This document shows, piece by piece, positions 62,817 to 64,000 of a stretch of DNA of 64,000 bases. Origin of the DNA: Marsupella aquatica. Lineage: Eukaryota; Plantae; Marchantiophyta. Position 1 is the first letter of the stretch, and each line of letters begins with the position of its first letter. The notes under the pieces are model-generated. The model worked only from the letters and a program-made list of their open reading frames with translations. It did not search any database and was not told the DNA's origin. The stretch covers positions 26,586,798-26,650,797 of the forward strand of contig OZ316893.1 of NCBI GenBank assembly GCA_973895155.1. The letters run 5' to 3'. The position numbers were made by a program, and so were the translations under genes.

Positions 62817-63487
62817 ATGACTTTAATTGCCAATTATAATATAGATTCTTGTGAAAAGTACATAAACCATCTTTTGATGGATTTCCTTCTCTGGATACAC
62901 TCCAGCTTTTCGTCAGGTATAACTAGCAACTTCAAAAGTTTTGTTGATTTCTAGATAGGTTTGGCTGACCTCTAAACTAACCAATATTTAACATCTCTGT
63001 GGCTGTTCCACCACTGGTGGGGAGAAAAAAAGAGTCCAAAGTAACGGATAGTCTCCCCAAAAGAGAGGTTCACCCAATCAAACATTCTAGACATTTACAA
63101 ACTTTTTGGGCGTGGCCTGTGTCCAGAGGCTATGCTCAAAAGGGTGCTTCACAACTAAGAACATATTACAGCGTGTCAAAGCACAGCCCTAACTCAGTTA
63201 CAGCTCAGGACATAAAACTCTGTTTTGGCCAAGCCAAAATCATTATGCGCTACCAAATTATGTCCAAAAAAATAAAGCCATAAAACTTTTGGTTATGGGA
63301 GAATTTTGACACGCACTATTATACTTTTAAAAAATGCAGCAAGATGCCATAATTTGACATAGAACTCTTCATCTGGTACTCAAGAGCGAAATTATCCTTG
63401 TGAAGCTTCCCAGTTTGCAAGGCAATCAGTGAGCAAGCACAAATTCAAAAAATCTTTTGGCTGTGCAGCATATTTCCAGTAATGATG

Positions 63488-64000
63488 TCAAGAAACAAGA
63501 GTCTCCCCTACTCTGCATGCTCCCACCTGCATCCTTACAGATTCTTCTCTCACCTCCATGACTCTGCAGCATTGCCTTCGTAGATTGTGAACCCACTCTC
63601 TTCCCAGCGGCTCACTTTCTACAATTATGTCTTTGACGAGGGACATTGGAAGCAGCATCTGCTGGCAAGCTTTCGTTTTGTTGATCCTCTCCGCCTTCTT
63701 GTAAGAAATTTGAATCAAGTCTCCCGTCGTGCTATTCACCTGCTCCATATAGTATGATGACGGTTCTTCACAGATCTTCCCTGCCCGAGGCTGGGTACTG
63801 AAAGGAAATGCATAGGGCTCTCGCCTCTTGTGCCAGCTCAGAAATGTTATTGTGGGCACCTCCAGCTGAGAGGGTGGGATAAATCCCTTATAGACATGAA
63901 TGAGATATCCCGACGATACAGAGAATGACCAATTCTTCCCTGCATCGTAGCAGATGGATTGCTGAAAGATGTCATAGGGGCTTGCGTTCACTGCTTCCAT
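63488..64000 (-). CDS. C-terminal part of a DUF604 / Fringe-related (GT31-like) glycosyltransferase; runs off the window end
   Basis: QQSICYD...WSFSVSSGY.I.VY.G...P..LE.P..TF.SW...F.FST.P...CEEP pattern typical of plant DUF604 proteins. Confidence 0.85.
   Translation of the reverse strand: MEAVNASPYDIFQQSICYDAGKNWSFSVSSGYLIHVYKGFIPPSQLEVPTITFLSWHKRREPYAFPFSTQPRAGKICEEPSSYYMEQVNSTTGDLIQISYKKAERINKTKACQQMLLPMSLVKDIIVESEPLGREWVHNLRRQCCRVMEVREESVRMQVGACRVGETLVS

Overview
Eukaryotic nuclear DNA with GT-AG introns, from a land plant that probably has flagellated sperm (inferred from a DUF604 glycosyltransferase, a plant-type copia element and a SAS-4/CPAP-like centriole coiled coil). The host genes are a 3-exon PWWP-domain gene, an intronless TPR + SGNH-hydrolase gene, a giant Cys-motif-rich disordered protein that probably splices onto a SAS-4/CENPJ-like coiled coil, and the 3' end of a DUF604 gene. 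The centre (17303-33834) is an older Ty1/copia element with two later insertions in its RT. The main one is a young, disabled Ty3/gypsy-type element (18652-27935). Its single polyprotein carries a DNMT3-like cytosine methyltransferase between protease and RT and a PHD finger on the integrase C-terminus. It appears to self-prime instead of using a tRNA. Its ends are circularly permuted (B-internal-A-gc-B-A), as expected if a 2-LTR circle were opened and integrated at a palindromic CA-gc-TG site inside the LTR. The window also has two related ~650-700 bp insertions with perfect 27 and 34 bp target duplications and several local minisatellites. All calls are by eye; no searches were run.
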